This document shows, in pieces, positions 1-10,100 of a stretch of DNA of 64,000 bases. Location: contig OZ245365.1 in NCBI GenBank assembly GCA_965226495.1, forward strand, positions 768,001 through 832,000, in the 5' to 3' direction. Origin of the DNA: Candidatus Marinacidobacterales bacterium (GTDB lineage: Bacteria > Acidobacteriota > Vicinamibacteria > Marinacidobacterales > DATDRI01). The position numbers and the translations under genes were made by a program. The stretch's first letter is position 1; each line of letters begins with the position of its first letter. The notes under the pieces are model-generated. The model was not told where the DNA came from, did no database searches, and saw only the letters and a list, made by a program, of their open reading frames with translations.

Positions 1-109
1 TTGTTCACGAGGCCCCGAAACTGAACCTCTCCGCCTCCTTTTCTCCCGGGTCGTAGGCGATGCCGCTTTTGATGGTGTCGGTCTCGTGAGTCGCGCGAAT
101 TGAGTCCCC

Positions 110-775
110 ATGAAAAACCGGGAGATCGACTATTGGAATAGCCTTTGGCAGGGGCCGGATTTAGGCGTCCAGTGGAAGCACCGGGCCGCCGCGGCGCTCG
201 TCGAGCACCAGCCGGTGCTCGACATCGGATGTGGAGCGGGGCACTTCCTCGACGCGCTCCGGCAGAGAGGCTTGGAGGAGTTGGTGGGCTGCGACCTTGC
301 GCTTTCCAGCGCCAAAGCCTTGTCTGCGAGGGGGCTCCCCGCGTTGTGCTGCGATGCGGAGCGTCCATTGCCGTTTCCCGACCGCCACTTCGCCGCCGTT
401 GCCCTAATCGATGTCCTGGAACATACGTTCGAGCCCGAGCGCGTCTTGGCGGAAGCGGCGCGCGTAGCCAGGGAGATCGTGCTGGTGGTTCCGAATTTCA
501 ACTCGGTCACTGCACGTTACCAGGTTCTCGGGGGGGGAGTGCCCGAGAATAACACCCCCCGCAAGCGGCATGCGTACTGGTTCAACTACGCGGGTTTGAA
601 GAAGCTGATCGCCTCGCTCGGTCTCGAGTTGGTATCGGAGCGATTCCACACGTTCAAGTATCAAAGTCCTCTCTTGGGGCCGCCCTTCCGCTTGTTGGGA
701 CGCCTTCGGCCACAGCTTTTCTCGCTTGCCTTCGCCCTCAGGGTACGGGTTCCGGCTCGCGGAAGCGCAGATTGA
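110..775 (+). CDS. Class I SAM-dependent methyltransferase
   Basis: Motif I VLDIGCGAG, LPFPD..F and DVLEH motifs typical of Methyltransf_11/23 in polysaccharide loci. Confidence 0.85.
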   Translation: MKNREIDYWNSLWQGPDLGVQWKHRAAAALVEHQPVLDIGCGAGHFLDALRQRGLEELVGCDLALSSAKALSARGLPALCCDAERPLPFPDRHFAAVALIDVLEHTFEPERVLAEAARVAREIVLVVPNFNSVTARYQVLGGGVPENNTPRKRHAYWFNYAGLKKLIASLGLELVSERFHTFKYQSPLLGPPFRLLGRLRPQLFSLAFALRVRVPARGSAD

Positions 776-2511
776 ATTTCCTGGAAATCGACGTCCTCGA
801 GCTCAACTTGCCTGCTTTCTTCGCAGCGGGGACTCTCGCTTTTGTCGCGGCATACCTTTGCTGGGTGGCGTTGATTTGGCGGCAGAGCGCCATCCGGTGG
901 GCGTGGGCTCCCATCTTCCTGGCTTTGATGGCTTGGTTTTGGACCACCTTTCCACTTCTGGGGATCTGGGGACTAGCGCCCATTACAGATCGAATGAGGA
1001 ATCTATGGGCGTGCGCCACCGCGGCGGCGGGCAACTCCCCTTGGGAGAGCGGCGTAATAGGCCAGTTTCACTTGGAGCCCTTGTGGGCGGCCATCGTCTC
1101 GCTACTGTCCTTGCGTGACCCGGAATGGGTGCTGCGGCTCTACCCTTTTTTGCCGGCGCTGGTAATTGTCTTGTTTGGATTGAGCCTTAGATTCTCTTTT
1201 GCGGTGGAACCGGAGGGCGTTGCTTCGGGTGAGAGCGAGTCGACGCGAAACGAACTGCGCGCACTCTTTGTGATTTTTTTTGCGCTTCTCGTTGCGGCGC
1301 CGCCGCTCGACTTCCTCGGTGCCTACAACGGCTCGGTGGCCAAGATTTTTCTGCACAAGCCCAATCATGTCATCGCACTTGCCTTGGTGCCGGTCTGCCT
1401 TTGGCTTGTGGTGCGGACCATCTCCAAGCCCTTCAGCTTCCTGAGATCTGCGGTGACCGGGTTGCTTTTGGGCGTTCTCGGGTGGGCCTTCATCATGTAT
1501 TGGATTCTCTTCTGCCTGGGGCTGGTCTTCGGCGGCATACTGATTGCGTCGGTGAAGGGCTTGGGGCGACAGCAACTTCGTCTCGGGGCGATTCTGCTAG
1601 TGTCGCTCGCCATCGTCCTTCCCTACGTCTATTACTTGAAGGTGAACTTCCCGCCCGCGGTCAGCCTCTCAGCGGGCACGGCGGCGGACCTTCGGAGCCC
1701 GTGGGACCAAGGTCCTCCGCGCGGTAGCTCGCTGCTCTTTCTCGCCACCTTCGACTTAGGACTGACGTTCTATCTTGGCCTTTATGGTGCCTGGACCGTC
1801 TGGCGAAGAAGAAACCGATACGAGCTGATGTGGCTCGGATTGCTCACCGCACTTTATGCGGCATGGGCTGGCAGTGCCGTCCTTTATGCAGCAGCTCGGT
1901 CTCGGGGAGCGATTCACGTCTACACCCTCCTGGTTGTGGTGATGGCCATATTCTCGGGTCTGGGCGTCTACGATCTCGTCGAGCGAGGCGGGCGAAGGCT
2001 TGCCCCAAAATTAGGCTCGTCCCTCGATTGGTTGGGTAACTCGAGTCGACTGACTGCGGTGGTGCTTCTGCTGTTGCTGCCTACGACGCTCCCCTCGTGG
2101 TGGAAGCCAGAGGTAATGGACGACCACTTCCGACTCGGCTTGACCCCAATCCCGAAACGCTACCTAGCTATGGGAGAATGGATCCGCGACAACACCAGAG
2201 GGAGTGACGTTCTTCTTGCTGCGGTGGACGCGGGGGCGTGGATACCCGCCGTGTCGGGGAGGCGGGTCCGCCGGCTTCTAAAACCCTCGTTCGGCACCGA
2301 AGACTATTGGGACGAGTGCGCTCTCCTCGAGCCGACCGACCTGAATGAGTTGAAAGCGGCGGTGGCACGACTCGGTGTGTCCTATATCGTATCGAGTCCG
2401 ACGTTCTTGGCCGAGCACGTGATTACGGAGAGGCAATTGAACCAAAACCCGTTTCTGGAAAGAGTGTTCCAGGCCAGAGGGGTGACGGTCTATCGCATCG
2501 CCACCGAGTGA
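772..2511 (+). CDS. Polytopic membrane protein, putative GT-C-type glycosyltransferase
   Basis: Many hydrophobic segments plus a soluble C-terminal domain (WIRDNT..DVLL..WIPAVSGRR); overlaps the methyltransferase stop; glycosylation context. Confidence 0.55.
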   Translation: MNFLEIDVLELNLPAFFAAGTLAFVAAYLCWVALIWRQSAIRWAWAPIFLALMAWFWTTFPLLGIWGLAPITDRMRNLWACATAAAGNSPWESGVIGQFHLEPLWAAIVSLLSLRDPEWVLRLYPFLPALVIVLFGLSLRFSFAVEPEGVASGESESTRNELRALFVIFFALLVAAPPLDFLGAYNGSVAKIFLHKPNHVIALALVPVCLWLVVRTISKPFSFLRSAVTGLLLGVLGWAFIMYWILFCLGLVFGGILIASVKGLGRQQLRLGAILLVSLAIVLPYVYYLKVNFPPAVSLSAGTAADLRSPWDQGPPRGSSLLFLATFDLGLTFYLGLYGAWTVWRRRNRYELMWLGLLTALYAAWAGSAVLYAAARSRGAIHVYTLLVVVMAIFSGLGVYDLVERGGRRLAPKLGSSLDWLGNSSRLTAVVLLLLLPTTLPSWWKPEVMDDHFRLGLTPIPKRYLAMGEWIRDNTRGSDVLLAAVDAGAWIPAVSGRRVRRLLKPSFGTEDYWDECALLEPTDLNELKAAVARLGVSYIVSSPTFLAEHVITERQLNQNPFLERVFQARGVTVYRIATE

Positions 2512-2521
2512 GTTCGAAGGC

Positions 2522-3739
2522 CTAGATGGTCGCGGAGCGTTCGTGGGCCGATACCGGAGCCCGACCGAGGGCAGCTACCGTCGCATTAACCATATTGTCC
2601 CAAGTGAACTCCTTGGAGCGTTTTATTCCCGCGGCCGCGAGGCGGGCGCGAGAAGCAGGGCTCTTGCACAGCTCGATCAATACGGAAATGAGTCGGTCCG
2701 GATTTTCAATGGGCACGAGGATCCCGTTGCTTCCGTTTTGAATCAGTTCACGGTTTCCACCGACGTCAGTAGCCACTACGGGAAGTCCGGCTCGCATAGA
2801 TTCGAGGAGCAAGTGAGAAAAGCCCTCGTAGCTCGATGCGAGAACCAGGATGTCGCTGGCCATCAGGTGAAGCTTCATGCGGTCCGCATCCAACCGACCG
2901 ACAAGGGTAACCGCTTCGTCGAGCTTCAACCCCGACACCAGTTCCTTGAGCTCCTTCTCGCACGGACCGGTGCCAATGATCAGAAGCCGAGCCGAGGATA
3001 CAACAGAGCGTATCGCGGGCATTAAGCGGATCAGGTGATCGAACCGCTTCCAAGGGACCAGGCGTCCGGCAGAGACGAGTACCGTGTCTCGATCGAATGG
3101 GCCAAACGAAAGCTCCTGACGCGCCGTCTCCCTGGTCGTGCCGATTTCGTCATCGGGGAGGCTGTTGTAAACGACATCGATCCGGTCGTCACGGACACCC
3201 CACCCTACGACCAGGCTCTTCAGGAATTCGCTAGGCACAATGATGCGCTCGGCGCTCCGAGCCACGAATCTCTGAGCTCGTCGTGCGCCGTCGATGACCG
3301 GACCGTAATTCTTTTCTTGAAATGTCAGGATGTCGTCTTTTACGCGGCCCTGCTCCGAGCCGATCTCCCAGGCGAGATCTCCCACGATCTTGACCACGAA
3401 CGGTCGCCGCAGAGTGCGAGCGGCTACTAGGGCCGGAAGTCCAGAGCTCAAAGGATCCTGTGCGTAGATTACATCCGCGGCGCGAGACGCTCGCCGCACC
3501 GCGGCGGCAAAGGAAAGGTAACGAACTGGCAGCGGCGCGGAACGAGAGACGCGTTGGATGGGAAAGCTTGACTCGCTCTCGGTCCCTTCTCCGCCTTCTC
3601 CGCCTTCTGCGCCTCCTGCATACGTCACGACGCTCACCTGCCATGCCTTGTTGAAGAGATCGCGGGCCAGGTGACTCACATAGGTAGCGGGGCCGCCGAT
3701 GTCGGGCGGGTAAATTCCCGTCGCGAAGGTTATGCTCAT
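2522..3739 (-). CDS. Glycosyltransferase family 4
   Basis: YPPDIGGPATY N-terminus, AGRLVPWKR and EGFSHLLLESM motifs; start placed at 3739 by ATGA overlap with the upstream gene. Confidence 0.9.
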   Translation of the reverse strand: MSITFATGIYPPDIGGPATYVSHLARDLFNKAWQVSVVTYAGGAEGGEGGEGTESESSFPIQRVSRSAPLPVRYLSFAAAVRRASRAADVIYAQDPLSSGLPALVAARTLRRPFVVKIVGDLAWEIGSEQGRVKDDILTFQEKNYGPVIDGARRAQRFVARSAERIIVPSEFLKSLVVGWGVRDDRIDVVYNSLPDDEIGTTRETARQELSFGPFDRDTVLVSAGRLVPWKRFDHLIRLMPAIRSVVSSARLLIIGTGPCEKELKELVSGLKLDEAVTLVGRLDADRMKLHLMASDILVLASSYEGFSHLLLESMRAGLPVVATDVGGNRELIQNGSNGILVPIENPDRLISVLIELCKSPASRARLAAAGIKRSKEFTWDNMVNATVAALGRAPVSAHERSATI

Positions 3740-4878
3740 TTGGCGAGGAGCTCCTCGTACATCGTGGCGATGCTCTCGGCTATCTTGTTCCAATCGTAGT
3801 CACGACGGACCAAATCCTGACCTTGTCCGGACAAACGCCCAGCCAACGCCCGATCGCTCAGCACGCGGTCCACCACGGCGGCGACGCTCGACGGTTGGCG
3901 CGGTTCGCAGAAGAGCCCCGTCTCGCGATCATGCAGGAAATCCGGGATGCCCCCGACCGGAGTGCCCACCACCGGGACACCACAGGCCATTGCTTCGAGA
4001 AAGGCGCTACCCAGTCCCTCGCTGGTAGAAGGACGCACGAAGACCTCGGAGAGGAGAAGATGTTTCGCTGTTTCGTGGTGCTCTACCGAGCCTGCGAACC
4101 GGACTTGGTCCCGAACGCCTAACTCGCTCGCCAGATTTTCCAGCCGAAGGCGCTGATTCCCATCTCCCACCAAGAGAAGGGCCGCGTCGGGGTGGCGCTC
4201 GAGTATGGCCGGCATGGCCCGGAGCAAGTCGTCAATAGCGTTTTTGGAAACGAGCCGTGATACAGAGACGATGGTCCGCTTACCGACTAGGCCCAAGCGG
4301 CTACGGAGATCGATGATCTCCTCGGAGGGATAGGCTCCGCGGTCAAACGCTCGAAGGTCGACGCCGTTGGGCACGACGGTGACGCTCTCGGCATCGGCCC
4401 CGTGACGCACCGCCTCGTCTCGCAAGAACGAGCTGATGGCATGGATTCGATCGAACGGGCGGTGGAGCAGCGGGTAAATGGGGAAGAATGGGCCGAGATA
4501 ATCTCTGACGTATTCTTCGCTGTCTCCTTCCTGCAACGTGAGCAGCGAGGGTTTGGAACGGAGCTTGAGATAGAGGTAGGCGGCCACCGCGGAAGCATTG
4601 ACCATGATGTTGTGAACCAGATCCACCGATTCCAGTTGCAGGGCTTTCTTGAGAGCGAGGAGTGGGTAAGTGAACTTGTCACTGCGGCGCCCGCCACCCA
4701 CGCGGAAGATAGTGGCGCCGTCGCCGCTCTCGCTGCTCGGCAACCGTCTGTCCATCCGCGCGGTCACGACAACGAATCGGTATCTACCGGAAAGCCTCTC
4801 CGCGATGGCGCGCGCGAAGAGCTCTGCCCCGCCGATGAACGGGTGATAGAACCAAGAGAGGACCAGAATGGTCTTCAT
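3736..4878 (-). CDS. Glycosyltransferase family 4
   Basis: PFIGGAE, VPNGVD, VSRLVSKN and EGLGSAFLEAMACG motifs. Confidence 0.92.
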   Translation of the reverse strand: MKTILVLSWFYHPFIGGAELFARAIAERLSGRYRFVVVTARMDRRLPSSESGDGATIFRVGGGRRSDKFTYPLLALKKALQLESVDLVHNIMVNASAVAAYLYLKLRSKPSLLTLQEGDSEEYVRDYLGPFFPIYPLLHRPFDRIHAISSFLRDEAVRHGADAESVTVVPNGVDLRAFDRGAYPSEEIIDLRSRLGLVGKRTIVSVSRLVSKNAIDDLLRAMPAILERHPDAALLLVGDGNQRLRLENLASELGVRDQVRFAGSVEHHETAKHLLLSEVFVRPSTSEGLGSAFLEAMACGVPVVGTPVGGIPDFLHDRETGLFCEPRQPSSVAAVVDRVLSDRALAGRLSGQGQDLVRRDYDWNKIAESIATMYEELLAK

Positions 4879-4959
4879 GCGCTCGTTGAGTGTACAATAA
4901 TTTGCATTGCCTGCGGCGCGCAGGCAGTCGCCCGAGAAAAGCCGAGAAGAGATCGTCGC

Positions 4960-5904
4960 GTGTTCTTATACTCATTAAGACGTAGATTTCACCGCTTCCG
5001 ACGCGGAGCGCTGGATGTCCTGCCGCTGCGCCCTCACCAGATTTATCCAGAAGGGTCGAAACTAAGGCCCGAGTTTCTCTCGACGCCCACTGGGCAAGAC
5101 TTCATTTTGAAGAAGCAAACGCCGGTCGCATCCATGGGGTCTTGTTTCGCTCGTGAGATCAAGCTGCGACTCGTCGATAAGGACTACAACTATGTGCAGA
5201 CGGAGCACAACGCTTGGAGCCACCATGCGTCCTGCGCATGGGAGCGAGTCTATGCGAGTGCCAACGCCAGCCAGATCCTCGACTATACAGATTCCGGCGA
5301 GCTCCATCCGGAGAGAATCTACCCGTACAAGGGGCAATACTTTGACCTCTGGAGGAACAAGATCACGTACCAAGCTCTGGAGGATGCCGAGACAGACATT
5401 CGAGCGCATATCTCCGCTTCACGGGCCGCCATCGAACAATGCGAGTTGTTTATCCTAACGGTAGGCCAGAACGAACTTTGGCAAAGCAAATCCAGCGGTC
5501 ACTTCTATGCCAGACGACCACCGTCACCGCTGGTCGACTCGGGTGAGGCGCGTCTCGTGCAGTTGTCGGTCGAGGACAACGTACGCTATTTGGAGAACTT
5601 TCATGGAGTTCTGAAAAAATTGAATCCGAGGGTCCGCCTTCTTCTGACCTTATCGCCGGTACCATCGGTGGCTACCTTCCATGACGAAAATGTCGTCGTG
5701 CAGTCTCTCCTCAACAAGTCGATGCTCAGGGTGGCCATCTCTCGCTTCGTTCAGTCGCGGCCCGACGAAGTGATGTATTTTCCGAGCTACGAGATCGTTC
5801 AGACCTGGAGAGGGAATCCCTTCGTACCGGACAACGTGCATGTGAAGCCGAGAGTCATCGATGCCATCATGAGGGTCTTCTTCAAGACCTACGCTACCGG
5901 TTGA
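4960..5904 (+). CDS. GSCFA domain protein (SGNH-like)
   Basis: MGSCFA motif, LTLSPVP, NKSMLR, YFPSYEI and D..HVK; in-frame GTG at 4960 avoids overlap with the GT4 gene. Confidence 0.85.
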   Translation: MFLYSLRRRFHRFRRGALDVLPLRPHQIYPEGSKLRPEFLSTPTGQDFILKKQTPVASMGSCFAREIKLRLVDKDYNYVQTEHNAWSHHASCAWERVYASANASQILDYTDSGELHPERIYPYKGQYFDLWRNKITYQALEDAETDIRAHISASRAAIEQCELFILTVGQNELWQSKSSGHFYARRPPSPLVDSGEARLVQLSVEDNVRYLENFHGVLKKLNPRVRLLLTLSPVPSVATFHDENVVVQSLLNKSMLRVAISRFVQSRPDEVMYFPSYEIVQTWRGNPFVPDNVHVKPRVIDAIMRVFFKTYATG

Positions 5905-5987
5905 CACGTGTGCGCCTCGGCCCTGATCGCGTGACGAGAAAGTCCTCGAGCTCAACGAAGAAGGACGTCCCGGCATAGGCACGAACC

Positions 5988-7049
5988 ATGCGACTACTTT
6001 TTTTCGTGCAAATGCTGGATCCGGATGATGCCAACCTTGGGTTCATCGTCCAGTGGGCGCGTGCGCTTTCCCGGGAGGTGGACGAGCTTGTCATCGTTTC
6101 GCTGGAAACACGTTCTTTCGACATCGCCGAGAACGCCCGAGTGATCAGCCTGGGCAAGGAGGACGGGGCCTCGAGGTCGGTGCAAACGCTGCGTTTGGCG
6201 AGTCACCTAGGCCGAGAAATTCTCGGCGGGAAGGTCGACGCGGTTCTAGCCCACATGGCACCGGTGTATTCCGTGGTCTCCGCACCCTTCGCGTTCATCG
6301 GGAGGGTTCCGATATTCACCTGGTACACCCACCGACACGTCTCGGCGATGCTCAGATTGGCCGAGAAGTGCTCCCGACTGTGCTTCACTGCCAGCGACGC
6401 TTCGTTTCGCCTAGCGTCCGCAAAGAAAAGAGTGATCGGGCACGGCATCGATACGCAACGGTTCTCACGGCGTCCGAACCTGGTTGGAGGCCGAGAGGGG
6501 CCGTTGCGGTTGCTGTCCGCGTCGCGCCTGTCGCCTGTGAAGAGAGTCGACGTGCTTCTAGAAGCCCTCACGGGCCTCGAGGGAGATTGGACTCTACATT
6601 TAGCCGGCGGTGCTCCTCTGGAGTCTCAGCGGCCATACGAGGGCCGAGTCCTCGAGCTGGCGCGTTCCTTGGGGAGCCGGGTTCGAGTGCATGGAGCGGT
6701 GCCCCACGGAGATATGCCGCAGTTGCTCGGCGAAGCCGATGCGTTCATCAACCTTTCGGATACTGGGTCGCTGGATAAAGGGGTACTGGAAGCACTCGCC
6801 GTGGGCTGCACGGTTCTTACGAGCAATGAGGCGTTTAGAGATCTGTTGGCGGGGACCTTGGAGAGGACTTTTCTCGAGGAGGTCAGCGTAAAAAGTGTTC
6901 GCGCACGCTTGAGGTCATTGATGAAATGCCCCAGAAGAGTTCTTCAGGAGGACCAGGATCTGCTCTACGAAAGGGTAAAGCGAGACCATAGTCTCGAGCG
7001 CCTGGCGGGTCGTTTGGTGGGCGAAATAGAAGGTTCAATCGGATCGTGA
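5988..7049 (+). CDS. Glycosyltransferase family 4
   Basis: IGHGIDT, SRLSPVKR and GSLDKGVLEALAVG motifs. Confidence 0.9.
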   Translation: MRLLFFVQMLDPDDANLGFIVQWARALSREVDELVIVSLETRSFDIAENARVISLGKEDGASRSVQTLRLASHLGREILGGKVDAVLAHMAPVYSVVSAPFAFIGRVPIFTWYTHRHVSAMLRLAEKCSRLCFTASDASFRLASAKKRVIGHGIDTQRFSRRPNLVGGREGPLRLLSASRLSPVKRVDVLLEALTGLEGDWTLHLAGGAPLESQRPYEGRVLELARSLGSRVRVHGAVPHGDMPQLLGEADAFINLSDTGSLDKGVLEALAVGCTVLTSNEAFRDLLAGTLERTFLEEVSVKSVRARLRSLMKCPRRVLQEDQDLLYERVKRDHSLERLAGRLVGEIEGSIGS

Positions 7050-7065
7050 GTCGCCCTAGAAATAA

Positions 7066-7101
7066 GCGGGCCCCTGCGGACGATAATCCGCAAGAGCCCG
7101 C
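7066..7101. terminator. Hairpin between convergent genes, likely terminator
   Basis: GCGGGC..TGCGGA-loop-TCCGCA..GCCCGC stem between stops at 7049 and 7117. Confidence 0.5.
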
Positions 7102-7116
7102 GCGTTCTTGTGACGC

Positions 7117-10100
7117 CTAGGGTACGGCGGCCGATATTACGCTAACCGACCTGAGCCCGGCTTCATCTTTGGTCTCGATGGCGAACCAGTTCGTCTGTCC
7201 AGAGACGATGCCGCTAGTGATGACGAAGACCTCTGGCGAGCCGGGAGCCTGCGGCACCAAACCAGTTGCCACCAGGTCCGCTCCTCCGAAATTACCCGCG
7301 TTGATCAACGACGTGTCCATGCGGATCTCGTAAGACGTCGCCGGATCGCCTACCGATCCATCGTCGGCGGGAGCGTTCCAGGTGAGCGTGGCTTCGATGG
7401 CCGGACCACTCTGCTCCGACACCTCGATCTCGGCGAACGATGCATAGAACTTCCCGTTCGTATATTCGTTCACCTTGGTGGCACGGATCCTAACGTAACG
7501 ACCCGCGGTTGGAGTCACGTTGAAGGTGTAGAACGTGGAGAGTGTGGCCACGAAGTCGGTGACGACAAGCGCGTCGGTAAATGGACCGTTGGGGTTATTG
7601 CCCACCTGGATTTTGAAATCGGCGGGAAAGTGGAGGGGGCTCTGGTTGTTCGATTGCAAGCGCACTTGGCCCACCGTCACCGAAGAGCCTAGGTCGACGG
7701 TGATCCATTCCTCACGGTGGGGCTTGACCCCGGGTGAGATCCACGCGGTCGCCGGATCGCCGTCCAAGGCGTTGGACGCGGGTGTCAAAGCCCCCGAAGA
7801 GTTCTCTACGGTCACGTTCAGAGACATAACGACGACATCTACGCTGAGATTCGACACTTGAGCGGGAGGCTCATCATCGATCGTGCTTCCCGATACAACG
7901 GTGGAAAGAGGAGACGTCAGGTCGGCATCGTCCACCGCCCGAACCGCGCAGTTGTAGGCCGTTTGGTTGGCCAGTCCGGGAATGTCGAACTGCAGGGTAT
8001 TGCCGGGACCGACCGGTGTCGGACCAGGATCGGCGAACGTGAGTCCCACGAAGTCACCGAGACCGTTGATAGCGCCGGTAGAGCATCCGACTTCGTAATG
8101 ATCGACTGGACCGGAGCCATTGTCGCCGGCATCGTCGGCCGGTTCCGTGAATTGAATCCTGATGGAGCTACCGGTGGCCTCGACGGGCAAGACCGTAAGG
8201 TTGGTCACCGTGCCTGGTGGGTTGCCTGGCGTGGACACCTTGACGATGTTGGACAGAACCGAGACGTTCGAGTTGCCGTCTACGGTCTTGATGGCAGCCC
8301 AAATCACCTGTTCCGGCCCTAGGCCGGTGAGGGTCAAGCTCTCGGGAAAGCCGGCCGGTTGAGGTGCCGGGACCATCCCGTCGGGAACCTGGGTCGCGTT
8401 ATCGTAATCATCGTCGTCCACGATCTCCGTCGTTGAGTACCTGACGTGGTACTTGGTGGCCTGCCCTTGGTTTCCATTGTTTCCCGGTGCCGTCCATAGA
8501 AGCATGACGCCGTCTGCCGCCGCCGCCAAGTCGAAGACCTCGATCTCCGCGAACTGGCTGTAGAACTTGCCGTTCGAATACGCGTTCATCTCGGTGATGC
8601 GAATTCTCACGTACTGTCCGGAGATGGGAACCGGGAGGTCAAACGTGTACCAGTTGGAGGATTCGGCTACGAAATTCGAGACGGTAAGGCCGGTCGTGAA
8701 GTTGTTGTTCGGATCATTACCCACCAGAATCTCGAAGGATTTCGCGAAAAGGAGCGGACTCTGGTTGCTTGCAAGGAGACGGACACGTCCTACATTGGTC
8801 TCGGAGCCGGCGTTGACCGTGATGTACTCGATTCTTGTTGGCTTGACACCCGGTGAAGACCAATAGGTGCTCTCATCGTCGTCTACCGCCTTGTTTCCAG
8901 CGAAACCGGGTATGAATCCCGAGGAGTTAGCCGCGGTCAGGGGAGTGATCTCGGTGTACACTCCGCCGCCAGAAATCCCCTGTAAGTCGTTGATCCCTGC
9001 CGGCGGGGTTCCGTCGAGCGTTGCCAATTCGGCGATGTTGGAAAGGGGAGATGCTTGTCCCACCTCGTCCCGACTGATGATGGAGAAATAGTAATGGGTG
9101 GTCGGGTCGAGAGCATTGACGGTCATCGTCTGCGTCGTCCCCGGGTTCGCGGGGGCGGGTGGCGTCTCGTCCGTCACCAGCGAGCCGAGGTTCGAGGAAG
9201 TAATGGGAGTTTCCGAATAGCGCACTTCATACGAAGTGACCTTCCCGCCGGCGGGTCCATCTTCTGTCGGGGCGTCCCAATCCAACTCCATGCTCGTTTT
9301 GGTGGGACTGAATGCGCGTAGATTCGCGATGGCGGCGGGCGGAACCCCGCGGGTCGCGAGGGTCACGATGTTGGACACGGCCGAGCGGTTGCCCGCGTCA
9401 TCGACACTTGTGAGTGCTGCCGAGTACGTGGTCTCGTCGTTCAAGGTGTCCACAACCACCGATTGGATTGCGTTGAGCACCGGGGCGGGCTCATTCGTAA
9501 CGATAACGAGTGCTTGGGCCGAAAAGTAGTTGTACGCCCCCGGTCCGCCTGCCATAACGCGGAGATCGTAAGCAAATACCGGCTCCGTGCCGGCACCTGC
9601 GTCGTCCGCGGGAGCTTGCCAGTTGTACTGAATGGTGCCGAAAACCGGGTTGTCTTCGAGTACTTCCACTTCACCGATCAGAGCATTGAAAGGATACTTG
9701 TTGACGTAGAAGTTGGTGTCGGTGATCCAGATCCTCACGTATCGGCGAGTCAAGACCGGGGCCGCAACGAATTCGTACCACATGCCCTGTTGCGCGACGA
9801 AGTTCGGTTCGGTGTGAACCGTCGTGAAGTTGGCGTCCGGTTGATCGCTGACTTGGATCGAGAAACCCTTGGGGAACAGCAGCACGTTCGAGTTGAACGG
9901 CATATAGAGGCGGACCCGGGCCACCGGGAACGTGCCTCCGAGGTCGATGGTGACGAACTCGGTAGTGACGCTATTTTTGGAAGTGCTTTGCCACTTGGTT
10001 TCAGGGACACCATCTACGATGTTCTCTTTGGCTCCTCCGTTGCTGGTCCACTCGCTGGAGGCTTCGATAGCGGTGAGACCCGGGATCACGGCGAGGCCCG

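Noticed and set aside
3585-3617. CCTTCTCCG microsatellite in the GT4 gene
   Set aside because: In-frame 9-bp unit encoding a Gly/Glu loop; no frameshift potential
4402-4959. N-terminal extension of the GSCFA ORF
   Set aside because: Antisense overlap with a clear GT4 gene; GTG at 4960 is more plausible
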